Source: Eutreptiella sp. 'Long Island Sound 2002' (lineage: Eukaryota; Protista; Euglenida). Taken from it: a stretch of DNA of 64,000 nucleotides. Location of the stretch: contig OZ038378.1 in the NCBI GenBank assembly GCA_964036045.1, forward strand, positions 108,934,001 through 108,998,000, written 5' to 3'. Numbering within the stretch: the stretch's first letter is position 1; each line of letters begins with the position of its first letter. Below are positions 1 through 13,150 of this stretch, in pieces. Under the pieces are notes generated by a model, which worked only from the letters and a program-made list of their open reading frames with translations, was not told the origin of the DNA and made no database searches. Made by a program: the position numbers and the translations under genes.

Positions 1-3000
1 GGCATTTTTCTCTTTCGTGGCGGAATTTCTGCATGTGCTCACTCCTGCCGCTCTGTCTGCTCACTGTAGTGGCAAACAAGGAGGTACTAGTCACGTTGTC
101 TCGTCGGCCAGCGCGACTTTTATCACCGCTGGACGAGGATCCGTGACTCTTTCTGCCGCCGCTGCGGCGGTAATCATCCCGGCTGCGGCTGCGGTGTCTA
201 TCTCCGCCAAATCCGCCTTTGTGGTCCCCAAAGGCCCGAGCCTTCTTGGTTTCTGCCCCTTGGCAAGAGTGGATATGCTCCTCTTTTCGCTCCTTGTATT
301 CCCTGGTCTGGATAAAGGGCAAAACCAAAAACAATATCTCGAGATAATTGAGCTCGACTCCACCATAATCAACTTGGACAGCATATATCTTGTGATATGC
401 TCTTTGGGCATCCTTATCTTGAGGAACTTGTTTACAATGCTCCTTTAGCAGCGTGATCATTACCGTGGTTGCCTCACGGATGGTAACCCCATAAGGACTG
501 CCATCGCCTTCCTTAATCCAATGTGCCATCTAGTCAGTCCATATACTGGAGGTCAAAACGACGTCTGGGATGGTGCGCTCCCGCCATACCGTCTGGGGAC
601 GATTAATATGAACCATGACACGTCCGGCAACGTAGTGCCAGAGCTCATCGGTTGACATATCTTCGCGATGATACGCCTTATAGATTCTGTCTTGCTCGCC
701 CTTGTTTTTGACCGCGGCGATGAGGATATGGGCATGTTGCTTGTCATCAAACCGGAAGGCATGGTCCTTCCTCCAACGGAGCATTTCTTGCGACCAATCC
801 TCCAAGGTTTTTTGATTCCCATCCCAAAGGGGAACCTTGGCGATCCTCTCGAGAGCTTCTTTGATCGTTGGGTCTAGCCAAGAGTTTTTATGCTCCCCAA
901 AGCATCCCTCACTTGCGGCCGCAACCGCATCCAGTGGAACACTTTTGAAGTCCTTGAACTTCGGGGGAGGTCTGGCTTCCCGGAAAGCCATGTCACCTGC
1001 TATGCCGGTGGGCTGAATCTTGTTCCTTCGGGGCAAGATCTCGTCTTGTTCCGCCCCCCCGCCCATCCTCCATTTTGTTGGCTCTATAGGCCTTACTAGG
1101 CGCAAAGTACGCCCCATTCATGTAAGGGGCTATCTGGAACGACCTAACATCACCTCGGACCCTATGGCCCCCCGGCAGCGGTCCCCACGGGCCTTTCTTC
1201 CACCAGGCTGGTGGTGATGGAAGATTCCCGAGGTCATCACACAGGTGTTCAGAATTCCTACGCCTAAGAAGCCTAGACGGGCCGCTTCGGTCAATCTGAA
1301 GGCTTTCCCTACGCCTAGTCCGCCAATGCGGGACATCATGCCTAGGCCTATCACTAGAGCGTGACCCACGAGACCCGTCAAACCGCTCTGACCGTCATTC
1401 GTCGTACTAGGGACCTGTTTCTCCGCATGTTGGGCGACTTGTTGGCTGCGGGTTGGCCCGAGAGTCACGAGGACCCTCCAAACATCTATTTTGCTGTCGT
1501 TCTAGCATTTTGAGCCCCTTTTTTCTCCATGTCTCGCAATGTTTCAATGTACAAATCCAGGTCATGATTTTGCATCTCAAGCTGCTCCCAGATGCGAGTG
1601 AGCTGATCGCTATGAGCTCGGATGTCTAGGTCCAGGTCACCTAGTCTCGGACGACACTTTCGGGTGACCCCAATTTCCCAAGCAAAGAATCTTCAAAGTC
1701 CTTAACCCTCACGCTCACATGGCCAAACTTGTATGTGGCCATGTTAGCGACATTGTTGATTGCTAGTTGCAGGGCATTATTCATCTCCTTCCTTTGGGGG
1801 TTCCAGAGTTCAATTTGAACCTGCGGCCCTGGAGTGAAGTGTGCCGTACATGTGTGTGATGACCTGCAACTTGAGTGTCTACCCTACACATCCTGGCGAC
1901 GGCTTGGGCTGCAGCCAGAGCATTTTCATGTGCCGTAGTTTGGCTTCCCAATGCCTCCTAGGCACTCGGCATGGCATTTCCGGCATACAAGCGACATGCC
2001 TCAGCCATAAGATCGACTTTGAAAATTTCTGCCTCAAAGTGAGGCACCAAGCCACCACTCCTTGGCGGAGGAGGGGCCGATGGGCCACTACTTTGGCTAG
2101 TTTTGAGCTTGTCCAAAGCGGCATGAGTTTCCCTAGTGCATTTGGCTGCAAAGTCTTCGAAAAACTTGATTCTCTGGTCAACTAGACCAGAAGTGCCCCA
2201 AATTGTTAGGATTGCTGCCTCGGACCGACCCACCGCGTCGTCAATTTCGGGATAAGCTCTATCCAACATGGTCTTGGTTGCCAGCTGGATTCTTTGTGCT
2301 GCTTGGGCCTCAATTTGAGCCCTGTTAGCCTCACTTCGGGCCCTGTCGGCCCCATTTTGGGCCTCAAGGATGCACTGTTGTGCGGATTGCAAAATTTCTG
2401 CAAAATGTGAGTTTTGACCCGCAATTTCCAACGGTTTCGCCACAATCGGTGGAAAAGAATTATCGGAGTACGATGCTAGCGCCTCTACTCGTACCCTAGT
2501 GACTCAAGACTTGTGATGTATCTCCTCGGCGCGACGTTTTACCTCTGAAACGTCACACGAGACATCACCCTGGACTTTTTGGACTGCCCGATCAAGTTCA
2601 CCAACCTCGTTCTCGGCACTCGCGCGCGCTTCGTTTGCCTGTTCGGCGGCTGCTCGTGCTGCAGACGCCTCGGTTCGCGCGGCTTGTGCCTCGCGAATGG
2701 CGTCGTTGACGAGCTACTCGAGTACGTCGTTGCGCTGCCTTGCCTGCGCCGCGTCATCCTTGGCGTGCTGTGCTGCCGTTGCGGTTTGCTGTAGCTCCTG
2801 CTAGACCCGCGTCACCGCTGTGTCGTTGGTGTCGGTGGCGCAGGCAGCGGTCGCCGCGGTGCGTCGGGCTGCGGCTGCGGCCTCCTCGATGTTGTCGTTC
2901 GCGCAGGCGGCGGTCACCTCGGCGCGTCGTGCTGCCGCAGCAGCCTCCTCGGCGTGGGTGCCGGCGGCTTTGGGGCTTGCGGCAACTCGCCTGGCCACTT

Positions 3001-4170
3001 GCGTCGCCCCCGCGGCCTCGGCGGCGGCGGCGGACGCCTTGGCCCGGGCACCCTCGGCGGTTGCCGCCGCGGTGTCGACCTTTTGGGCGCCTCCGTTGGC
3101 GGCTCGTCGTACTGACTCAATCTCCACATAGAGAAAGTCCATCGCGGCCCGCGTTCCACGCAAGTCTTCGCCCGCCCGCACGGCGGAGCGCACGTCGTTG
3201 GCGATGGACTTCACCGCGTGCTGCAACGCGGTCACGGCGACGGAGTTGGCTGCGGGGGGTTGCGGGGCCGCGCGTTCGTCCAAGGTGATCTCGAGGGCCT
3301 CCATGCGGTTTCGCAGCCCACTAATGGCTGCACTGTGGGCCGCGGTCTCGTGTTGGCGCGCCCAGGCCTCGGTGTCGGCGCTTTTGTTTGCCGACGTTGC
3401 CCTTGCGCTCGCGCCTGCGGCCTTGGCTACCGCTTGCTCGGCCGCCGTGGCAACCGGGTTGCCTCATCGTGCGCCCGGGCTGCTGTTTTCTCCGTTTCGG
3501 TCATCCGGTTTAGCGCGCGCTCTGTTGTTTCTTCTAACTTGCGCACACGACGGCCGGACCGAGACACTTGACCGCTAAGCCGTGTGAAGGCGACACCTAA
3601 ACCATTGACGTCGGCCCTAATACCGGCTAAGACTCCGTCCTCATTTTCAGCAATTTCCACCGAAAATAGGACACTGGATGCCATGGGATCCTCTTGTTCA
3701 CGGTCTTTAGATGGTCCCAATGGGGAGGGGCCTTCTTGGGCCTTTCCAATGTGCCGAATGCCCCTCTAGACAAGGGCTTTAAATGCCTGGCATAAAATAG
3801 CTCACCTCAAGGGTCCCATCCTCTGTCCTAAGGCGCTTACCGGACCTAGTGGCTATACCACTATAGACCTCTATGTCATCCTTGGTACCCTTACCCTTAT
3901 CTTGACCGTAATTGATCCCACGGGACAAGGGAGGAGAGGAAGGAGAGGACCGAGACCTACTCTTGTGTCTTGGGGCTGAGGCGGACTGGAGGGAGTGCTT
4001 CCCAAGCTTCCGCAAGATTGGGGGGGGAACTTTGGGGTGGCGAATTGATTCGATGCCGCCGGCTTCCTCCCGTCCAGCCCCAAGAAGGGAACCGGAACTG
4101 CTACCATATAATACGGTAGGTGGTGACCGTATTATTTCCACAGTATCCATTTCAGAAAAAAAATCCAAAA
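1..4170 (-). pseudogene. Long, frameshifted gag/ORF1-like coding region with coiled-coil N-terminal half; runs off the window start
   Basis: Co-oriented minus-strand ORF pieces 3779-4168, 3427-3720, 2801-3304, 1958-2443, 530-1117 and further frames to position 1. Ala/Glu-rich helical segments are followed by a gag-capsid-like stretch (WDGNQKTLEDWSQEMLRW). No pol is seen in the window. Confidence 0.4.
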
Positions 4171-4660
4171 ATATTTGACTATTTATGCGAGCCCTTTTCC
4201 TTTATAGGAACCAAGGGCACGGGATCAATGTTTTACCACCAAAAAGAAAACCTATTGCAGAGTTTTATAACAAAAGTAGTGCCCCCCTATGCTTGAGGAG
4301 AGGGTGGGGATTCCGCAAAGACCTTCAACCCCAAGACACAAGGCAAATGCACTAATACAAATGAGGGGACGTGTGGGTTCTTCAGTCCTTGAGTGCCGAC
4401 TTACCTTAACCTGTTGGACGGTGCTTTGAACTCACGAGCTCGATGCAATGAACTTGAGTTGAGTTGCTCACGACCTCATGATGCATTAGACGTGGACAAT
4501 GGAGGTCCTATGAAGAGACATCCACAACAGTAAGAGAACGAAATCAATGGGGAGAGAGTGGGGAAAGCACACGACCCATACACGGTTTACACCACCAAAC
4601 CATTGGAGCTTGACAAAGGTTGAGGGGTGTACATCACTACCATATGATGGAAAAAACTGA

Positions 4661-5742
4661 TTGGAAATGACATCATAAAAATGTCAATATCTTCATACCC
4701 GTGGGTGGGGAAGAGAGCACAACACACACACAATGCACATGCAACATGGAGTAATTGCTCCTAGAAAAGCGGCTCTTAACTCACTGTAGGCTTGGAGATA
4801 TGATCTGGTCAAATACATGCTTGCAGTTCAAATACATACTTGCAAGTGCATCGTAATGAAAATGGCTCAAGTTTATGTCCAAATGACAACAGTATTTGGA
4901 ATTGATCACCAAGCATGAGGGGAGTTGAAATGAACAATAAACAATAAATGTTGCCCACAGTCCAATGTTAATGTTGTGCAAAGCATATGTGTCAACTCCT
5001 AAAAGACTAAGAGATATGTCCTTACCATTATGGTGCACAATGGACAAAACGGTGAAAGTGTCCATTTGGTGGGTAATGTATCTCCAAGCCTAAGGAGAGT
5101 GGGGGTGCTTCATCAGGCATGGGAGTCAAACATAGTCCCATGTTGATGTACAATTGATTGCCTATCCCAAATCGACATGGGTTTGGAGATATAAAAATGG
5201 ATTGGAAATGACATCATGAAAATGTCAATATCTTCGTACCCGTGAGTGGGGAAGAGAGCACGACACACACACAATGCACATGCAACATGGAGTAATTGCT
5301 CCTAGAAAAGCGGCTCTTAACTCACTGTAGGCTTGGAGATATGTTCTGTTCAAATACATGCTTGCAGTTGAAATACATGCTTGCAAATGCATGGTAATGA
5401 AAATGGCTCAAGTTTATGTCCAAATGACAACATTATTTGGAATTGATCACCAAGCATGAGGGGAGTTGAAATGAACAATAAACAATAAATGTTGCCCACA
5501 ATCCAATGTTAATGTTGTGTAGAGCATATGTGTCAACTCCTAAAAGACTAAGAGATATGTCCTTACCATTATGGTGCACAATGGACAAAACGGCGAAAGT
5601 GTCCATTTGGTGGGTAATGTATCTCCAAGCCTAAGGAGAGTGGGGGTGGTTCATGGGGCATGGGAGTCAAACATAGTCCCATGTTGATGTACAATTAATT
5701 GCCTATCCCAACTCGACATGGGTTTGGAGATATGAAAATGGA
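4661..5742. repeat. Two-copy tandem duplication, 541-bp period, in AT-richer non-coding DNA upstream of the gag-like ORF
   Basis: TTGGAAATGACATCAT starts at 4661 and 5202; CCTATCCCA starts at 5161 and 5702. Confidence 0.92.
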
Positions 5743-6644
5743 TTGAAAAATCGAAATCAAAGAATGAATCTTTTGGGGGTAGTTGGGGTATGCAACACCC
5801 ATCCCATTCCCATGAATCCCAATTGAGGCGTTCACAAGCCTCAATCACTTATGAGGAGAGGAGAACCATCCTTGACCTCACCATAGTCATATATGGCCAT
5901 GTTGACCTTGGAATGGACCTATTCATGGTGAATGGAGTCGGCATTAGTTTGGAATGATTAGGCATGAAGCAAGTCAACAACAAGACCAACATAACACATA
6001 TTGTTCAAAGACGCTTCATCGTTGAATTGGACACTCAATTTGGTCCGAGGCGATTTCGACCCAAACCACCCGGGACCTGTCGGAATCCATCGCAAATCTC
6101 GATCTTTTTGACATAAAAAAATGATCGAGATTTGTCACATTGAGAAAAATTTTGAAATCCTGAAAACTTGAAGACGCCACCGCGGATGGCGCCCGGCGAT
6201 CCCGATCGCCGCGGGCGGCATTCCAAATCTCAGATTTTAGAAAATTCTGATATTCTTTGATCGGAATTACCCTCCGAAGCCCGATTTCATTACACAATGT
6301 CGACCGAAATCAAGCAAACGATTGTAAGTCCAAGCCCAAGGCTTTCACTCTGCTGCTGAACCCGCGGAACTCGTCCAATGTCCCCGCGCCGGTTTTGTCG
6401 AACACAAATCCGCACCTCTATCTGCCGAATGTGTCGAATTCAACTCTCGTCCTGCGCAACGCATCGGTTTGAACGTGTCGGGCGTGTCGAACGTGTCAAC
6501 TGCCGAACGCGTCGCGCAGAGTGGCCACGGCGCCGACGCGCAAGCGATGCAACCACTGTTTTTCTACCAACACCCGTTCCCTTTGGGTACGGGTCGTTAT
6601 AATTATCCGGCAGAACTTCTAGTGCCACCAATAGTCATTATCCA

Positions 6645-8570
6645 ATGCCGCTGAATGTGCTAGGCAATGTGCCCGTGAATGTGCCTTTGCAAAGCGGAGC
6701 CACCATCTCTAACGTGGCCAAGAAAAATTTACCTCGTGGCCTACTGACGAACACCATGCCTACCGCAGCCTACGCATGGGAGCCGGCCATGTGGTGCACA
6801 GCTGTGGGGACCGTGAGGTCGACGTGCCCATGGGGTCCAGGAGTACTGCCCACACATTCTATGTGATGGAGACCGAAGCTTTTGACTTACGTTTGGGTAC
6901 CGACTTCTTCGCCGAACACCCTCAAATCTTGTCCCTGACGGTGCAGCGGCCCTATGACCTCCAGGTGGACTTTGGTGACGAACGGGAATTTGTACCACTC
7001 GAGCACACTGAATTAGCGTCAAGTTACTTGAGTGTATGCAAGAAGGAGCCCTCTGCGATGACTATTGCCGCCAAGACGGAGGACTACCGGCTCCTTGGGG
7101 AAGTTTTGAACCAGGGCCTAAAGGAGTTGGGATACTCCAGGGAAGACCTTACCATGGACCTGTCTACTAGCGAGAAACAGCACGTCTTGGCCCCTGTACT
7201 CCAGCAAGGGGCGGAATTGCGCCTACAAATTCTACTGGCCCTCATTGGGGATGGCCTATGGGGGGCCCAGGTTCAGTGAGCTGGGGAAGGTCTTGACCAA
7301 GGTGGCCCTCCAGCGTTCCCGGATGGTCGTGTGTCCCCCCGATTGGGGAGCCCATCGGGGAAACGAGTACTACCGTAGTCTATTGGAGAAGCTAATGCTC
7401 ACCTCCAGCCAGCTGCCGGAAGACGCCATCTACGTGCCGCTCGGGAGGACGACGCCCATCGGGAACCCATAATGGGGGAGTATGCTAAGCGTTGTGGATG
7501 GGAGCCTGGCACCATCACCATGGGATGAATTAGACCCCGCTCTGGTCTAGGATATACAACGCGAGGGCAACGGCTACACCCTGGACGTCCTGAAGGATCA
7601 ACTACGGCCCCGAGAGATGGTGGAGACTACTCCGTGGGGAGACAAGTACGTCGTGACGGACCCAAGTCCCCGGACATCCCCTGCAAGGTATCTAATCCCG
7701 ATGTAGTCTCGGAGGGTGGACTATCAGAGCTTCCCAGCTCAATACACTCTGATGATGAATCCTATCGTGATGCCTTCTTCGTCCAGAGTTGTGTGGAGGA
7801 AGTTGAGAATGCCAATTATGCTGCGCCTCAGCAACCCTAATTCTCCATCAGGAGAGAGGAGCTCTCGAAGGATGACCTGGATTCTGGGGTCAAGCAAGAA
7901 GAGTGCCTGAACTGTAAGAAAAGAGTCGTGGTGGGGAGGCTATGCTACGCTAGGCCTACCCGCAGCTCCTGGCGTGTGAAGCAAGCAGCAATGGGGGACC
8001 TCCCCCAAGTCAAGCAAGACCTCGAGCAGAAGACTACCACATAGCAACGTGAGGTGGACTAGAAGCTCATGAAGAGTGTATGGGGTGCCCATGTGAGAAC
8101 CCCTGAAGAAGACGAACTCTCACAGGAATGCGTATGCGAACCCCGTCAAGCGTGCCTGTGCTATTCTACATTGCCATAGACGGTGGAACGAGTCCAGGAC
8201 CTCGTCTTTGCCTATCAAGGGCTGAAGCACCCAGCCAAGGACCCTGAGCCGGTTGAGGACCTCCTCCCTGCTTCTATACCACGAGGCGCAGGCAACCCGC
8301 ACTGTGATGAGGACCTGGAAGACAAGATCAAGCACGTGGACCCGGGAGTACAAAAGCTGAAGAGGTCGTATCTGGACGGAGTTAAGATAAGTACCCCCTC
8401 TAGCTTCCGCTGACAAGCTCGTCCAGATGGATCTCAAGGTGAAGCCAGAGTTCGTGGTAAATAACATACGCCCGCGGCCCTATCCAGCTCCTAAAGAGCA
8501 GGATGACGAGATTGAGCGTCAGATACAAGAGTGTATCAACGCTAGCCTGGTCCTAGAGTATACAGATGGG
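6645..8570 (+). pseudogene. Ty3/gypsy-like pol fragment: aspartic protease, Dam-like methyltransferase domain, linker, start of RT (truncated)
   Basis: Degenerate protease (LQSGATIS ... FYVMETEAFDLRLGTDF). MTase-like DYRL..DLSTS..YWPSLGMAYGGPRFSELGKVLTK..VCPPDW across a frameshift. RT N-terminus IRPRPYPAPKEQDDEIERQIQEC. Confidence 0.75.
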
Positions 8571-9099
8571 AAGGTAGGCAGGTCCGTGCACTCGGTCGTG
8601 GAGAGGCGCCCCATGGTTCCCCCTGGCATCGCCCCTGTGACGGCAAAGGAAGAAGCTCTGCGCTTGAAGAGGCGAGGCGGCTTACATCCCGCTAGACCCC
8701 CAACAAAGTGGCCCGGGGCAACACCGGGAGGGCTGGTCGCCGCCAGCCTGAGGAACGCCCCACGCCGGGAGGGTGTGCCCCCGTGCTTGCGCACGGCCCC
8801 TCCTTTGAACGGAACCCTAGGGGTTCACCGGACTTCCTGGCGTATCCCGTTCCCAAGGCATACCGGCGGCATCGTCTTGGTACTACGGTAACGAGGTGCT
8901 TGGGCGTCGCACACTCCGCCTCGAGTCGCAAAACAGCGCACGAGTTAGGGTGCAGCCTCACCCCCAAGCCCCGGGTCACATTTGGCCGGGTCACCTGCAT
9001 GGCGCGGGCTGCCTCAGTGCCGGGGCTATGGACACTTCCTACTTCCTACTCTTGTGTGGCGTGTGTATTTGGGTTTGGGTTTGGCCTTTACTCCGCCGT

Positions 9100-9584
9100 T
9101 CCCAGCTGGAGTTTGTAGCGTATGTGTCCGGTACTGGTTTTGCCTTAACCCCACCTTTTCTAGCTGGGGACGGTGGCGTGCGTGCTCGGGTTTGCGTTTT
9201 CGCCTTAACCCGGCCAATCCTGGCCGGGGCCCGTGGCGTGTGTGCTTGGGTACCATTTTTGCCTTAACCCCGCCAGTCCTGGCTGAGGTTTGTGGCATGT
9301 GTGTTTGGGTTCAGGTTTTGCCTTAATCCCACCAATGCTGGCTAGAGATTGTGGCGTGTGTGTTTGGGGACGGATTGTGCCTTCAGCCCGCTGATCCTAG
9401 CTGGGGTGCGTGGTGTGTGTTTGGGTGCGGGTTTCGCTTGAACCACGCCAATCCTAGATGGGATTGTGGAGTGAGTTCAGGTACGAGTTTTGCCTTGACC
9501 CCGCCTTTGCCGGCTGGGGACTGTGGCGTGTGTGTTTGCGTGCGGGTTTTCACCTTAACCCCGCCAATCTTGGCTGGGCCCGTG
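9100..9584. repeat. Degenerate ~60-bp tandem array A (core GCCTTAACCCCGCC), host of the F1-a insertion
   Basis: Core recurs near 9141, 9201, 9261, 9321, 9380, 9552; it resumes at 14823-14985. Confidence 0.85.
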
Positions 9585-10007
9585 TGGGGTGCGTTGCTAG
9601 GAGATGTGCCAAAGAACCCCCCCTTCTAGCGCCCTTTTTGCATGTTTACCCAAGCCACACCACCTTGTGTGGTTGAAAAGTGGTTTGGGGCCAATTAGCA
9701 CATGTTTAGGCCCCTTTTGGTGGCTGATTTTCATTTTTGTTGCAAACGGTCCGTTTTCCCGGATTTTCTACACACACCCCTTTTGCTGGAAAAGGGGTCC
9801 TGGCACCCTTTTTGCACCCTTTCTGCACCCTTTGTGTGCCCTTTGTGCACCCCCCTGTCTGCGTTACAATCCCCTTTCTGCACCCTTTCTGTACACCCTC
9901 TGTGTGCTAGAACCCCCTTTCTGCACCCTTTCCGTGGGGGGGTTTCTGCGCCAAGGATTTTTGCAAGAAGGGCACGAAATGAATCCAACGGGCTCAAATT
10001 TGGCTTC

Positions 10008-11640
10008 TCAAACGTAGATTTTGTGCCTTTTTCTTGGGTCCCTTGTGGCCTCGCCAGGGGCAAGCCTTTGACGGGCCGCTCGGTGCAGTAACCCCACGTT
10101 AAGGGTCTCCATGCTCAATACATGCGTGAGACCGCGTCGTGAAACGCCTGGGCGGCGAAGGCACCACCCACGCATGCTGTTTTTGACAACAAGTTTGAAA
10201 GGCTTATGCATGTGTTCCGCAGGTATACTGCGGAACACATAAAGGTTACGATATTTTTGGAGCACCGTTCCACAATGGGCCACTATCCAGTGGACCCATG
10301 GGGTTGACTTCCAACCCAATCGGCGCCATGCCTCACCGATTATACGGCAGTGAGTCTTGGCCTCCTGCACCTGACCATTGGTCAATGGTGTCTTTTGCCC
10401 CCACAAGGCATATAGGCTACGCATATTGCGCACCAACACTTGAATTAGTGTCCACAAGAGGACACCACCAATCATGGTGTTAGAAAAATTGTTCCTCAGG
10501 CCATGTACAATTCCAAAATGGTACTTGGGGTCTCTCAAGAATAACACAGAGGTGCTGATATCACATTGCCCTGCCTTAGTGGTCCTTTGGAAAAGCCTGT
10601 CAGCATGAGCCACATACTTTACATCTCCTAAAAGGGTAGACCATATATCGTCAAACTCAGTGGCAATTTGCCGCACTCCAACAGCGGCCACTGTCAAGGT
10701 GGTAATAGTTTCTGTTGGGGGCTTCTTGACAGCATTGGTTACCCTACAACCTGTGTGTGCATACACATACTTGCAAGAAATGCCCCCCATTGAATTTTGT
10801 TTACCGCGCCCTCTATCGGCACCAACCCAGTGGCATTAGGGTAGCCCCACCAAAACTTTCCCCCGCCCGTTCGTCACCATCATCAGTCTACATTGAAATT
10901 TTTTGGCTTGGTTTTTGACACGGAACGTACAAATTTCCTGCAGCTGGATGGCTTGGGCATTTAGGCCCGCATCCTCATAAAAAGCATGCAGCCATGCGGC
11001 GTCATCGGGGCCATTCATGCACGCCCACATCAGCCGTTTATGGCTATGCCACGCAGCAGAAACCCTTGAGGCCCAACAGTTTACAAAAACACCGATCTTA
11101 GTGACTGATGTGTGCCACAATGCCGTTGCATCAGGGCATATTAAAATCCAAATCTCCTCAGTTTCCATTTGAAGCTCCCATAGGGTCTCGGCCATCTTCA
11201 ACTGCGTGAAAAGGAGGTCTTCTAGTGTTGTTATCGCTGCGCACCGCCACTCGATCATGCTGGCGCAAGTGATAGCGTAGGTTGTGGTGGGGTATGGCGT
11301 TAACGTGATGCACGCTTCAGCATGATCACGACGCGTGCATTCGCGCGGGAGGACCAACATGTGCCGCATTGGTGACTTCAATCTCCTGCCGGTGGCCCAC
11401 AGTCCGATTGCGCACACTACACGAGGGTCCTCATCGATGCCATGCCTGGCGAAACCGATGTACAGTCCCCCAACACCCTGAACTACAACTGCCTCCGGAT
11501 CCACTAAAAGTTCCAGCATGATGGTCTGTGTGCTGTGCTACCGCGTGCTCGGTGCTTCTCCTTGACAGCCGTGTAGGGCTTGGGCTATGGCATGATCCCC
11601 ACAAGTGCGGCAACCGTCTTTTCCATGGTTTCTGTGACAA
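10008..11640 (-). pseudogene. F1 DDE transposase, frameshifted
   Basis: ORFs 10836-11519 (ICPDATALW, first Asp) and 10008-10790 (WVHWIVAH, IPAEHMHKPFK); collinear with 32077-33747 and 48649-50298. Confidence 0.78.
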
Positions 11641-13150
11641 ATGGGAAAGGTGTAACCGTTGGAACCCCTGCTGGAAACCCTTGCTAGAAGCCCTTTCTGC
11701 GCTGGAACCCTTTGGTGGAACCCCTGCTGGAACCCCTTCCAGCGGTGGAGCCCCCTTGCAGCGGACTCTTCCAGCGGACCCTTCTAGCGCCAGAACCCCT
11801 TCCAGCACCCCTTCCAGTACCCCCTTCCAGCATTGCCCACGGCCCCTTTGTTTTTGCCTTTCTCTCTCATTGAGACCGCCCCCGAAAGGTACAGGCAGAG
11901 GCACACTACAGCAGTCAAAGGGTCAACACTCTGCAAGGTCGTACAATGTATTCATGTGTTGCACCCCATGGCACACGCCTTCACTTCAGTTCACAATCAA
12001 AGAGACTACAATGATATATACCAAAATTTTCAGAGAATGCATGCATATTGGGCGTTCATTTTGGTGACGTCTCCAAGGGGCAGGCTATGTGAGGCCTCCC
12101 ACTCGTGACACCACCTTAGGCACATTGTGCACGGCGCAACTAATGTCCTATGTGAGGTAACGCGCAACCTAGGGGCTAAAAACAAAAAAGGTTTCCATTC
12201 AAGGTGGCGCACTGCCGTCGGCACAATCGCACAAGACCACGCACATGCACATGTGCGTGCCTCAGCTCCGAGGTGTTATCTCAGGTCCCAAGTGGTCTGC
12301 TCTACATGGGCCAGAAGGGCTCATCTCCGGGTCCCAACACAGGCGACCTTAACCCCCCCCCCTCAAGGCACCCGTTTGGCCTAAAGCTTTAGCCCTACCA
12401 CAGTGCAGGCACATAACTGTTGGGGAGGGCACCAGTACTCCTTCAGGTGCTCGGGGTTGGCCACCAAAAGCCCCGATTGGACCAGGACAGACGTGTCAAC
12501 GATCTGCGGGTGGGTGCCTGCCACATCCCATCGAAGTACTTGGGCAACGGGGGGGTCCACGGTGTCCTCCAGCATTGCCATCCCACCCACCTAGCGTTCA
12601 CACACCACCATCAGGCTGCCCGGCTGCGTTGCAATGACAGAAATTTGCTTGGGATCGGGGCCTCCAACTCCTCGTTCTCATTGACAAATGGGCCGAGGGG
12701 ACAATCTTCGGGGGTGCAAGGTTGGGCGGACACGTCGATCACCGGACCCGCTGAAATGTCTGCTGCCAGTGGCCTTGGGCGATGGGTGGTGTACAGCACT
12801 GTATGGTCAAAGGGCATCATCACCAGAGCCGCAAACTCGCACAGATCCTCCTCCACAATCTTCGGCGTCCCCTCATCAACTTCCTCTGCTCCCTCGGCTG
12901 CAATCTCCGCACGCGCGGCCTCCAAAGCAGGCGTATCCTCCCCATAATCCCGCTGACAGTCTGCACAGAGTTAGCCCACATGTACAACACAAAGAAGACG
13001 GTTGTCCAAGCTGAAACACTTTGCCGGCGGGTCGGCCTTCACCACGCCGTTGCACTGCGCTGCTGTACAATGCACGGCCTTTGGGGACGTTGGCGACGGT
13101 TGTCGCGCGGGGACTTCCACCCGGGGTGGCGGGATGGTCGGCACTGTCGT

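Noticed and set aside
9100-9584. Telomeric repeats (CCTTAACCC resembles CCCTAA)
   Set aside because: The motif is embedded once per ~60-bp unit and does not form a hexamer tract.
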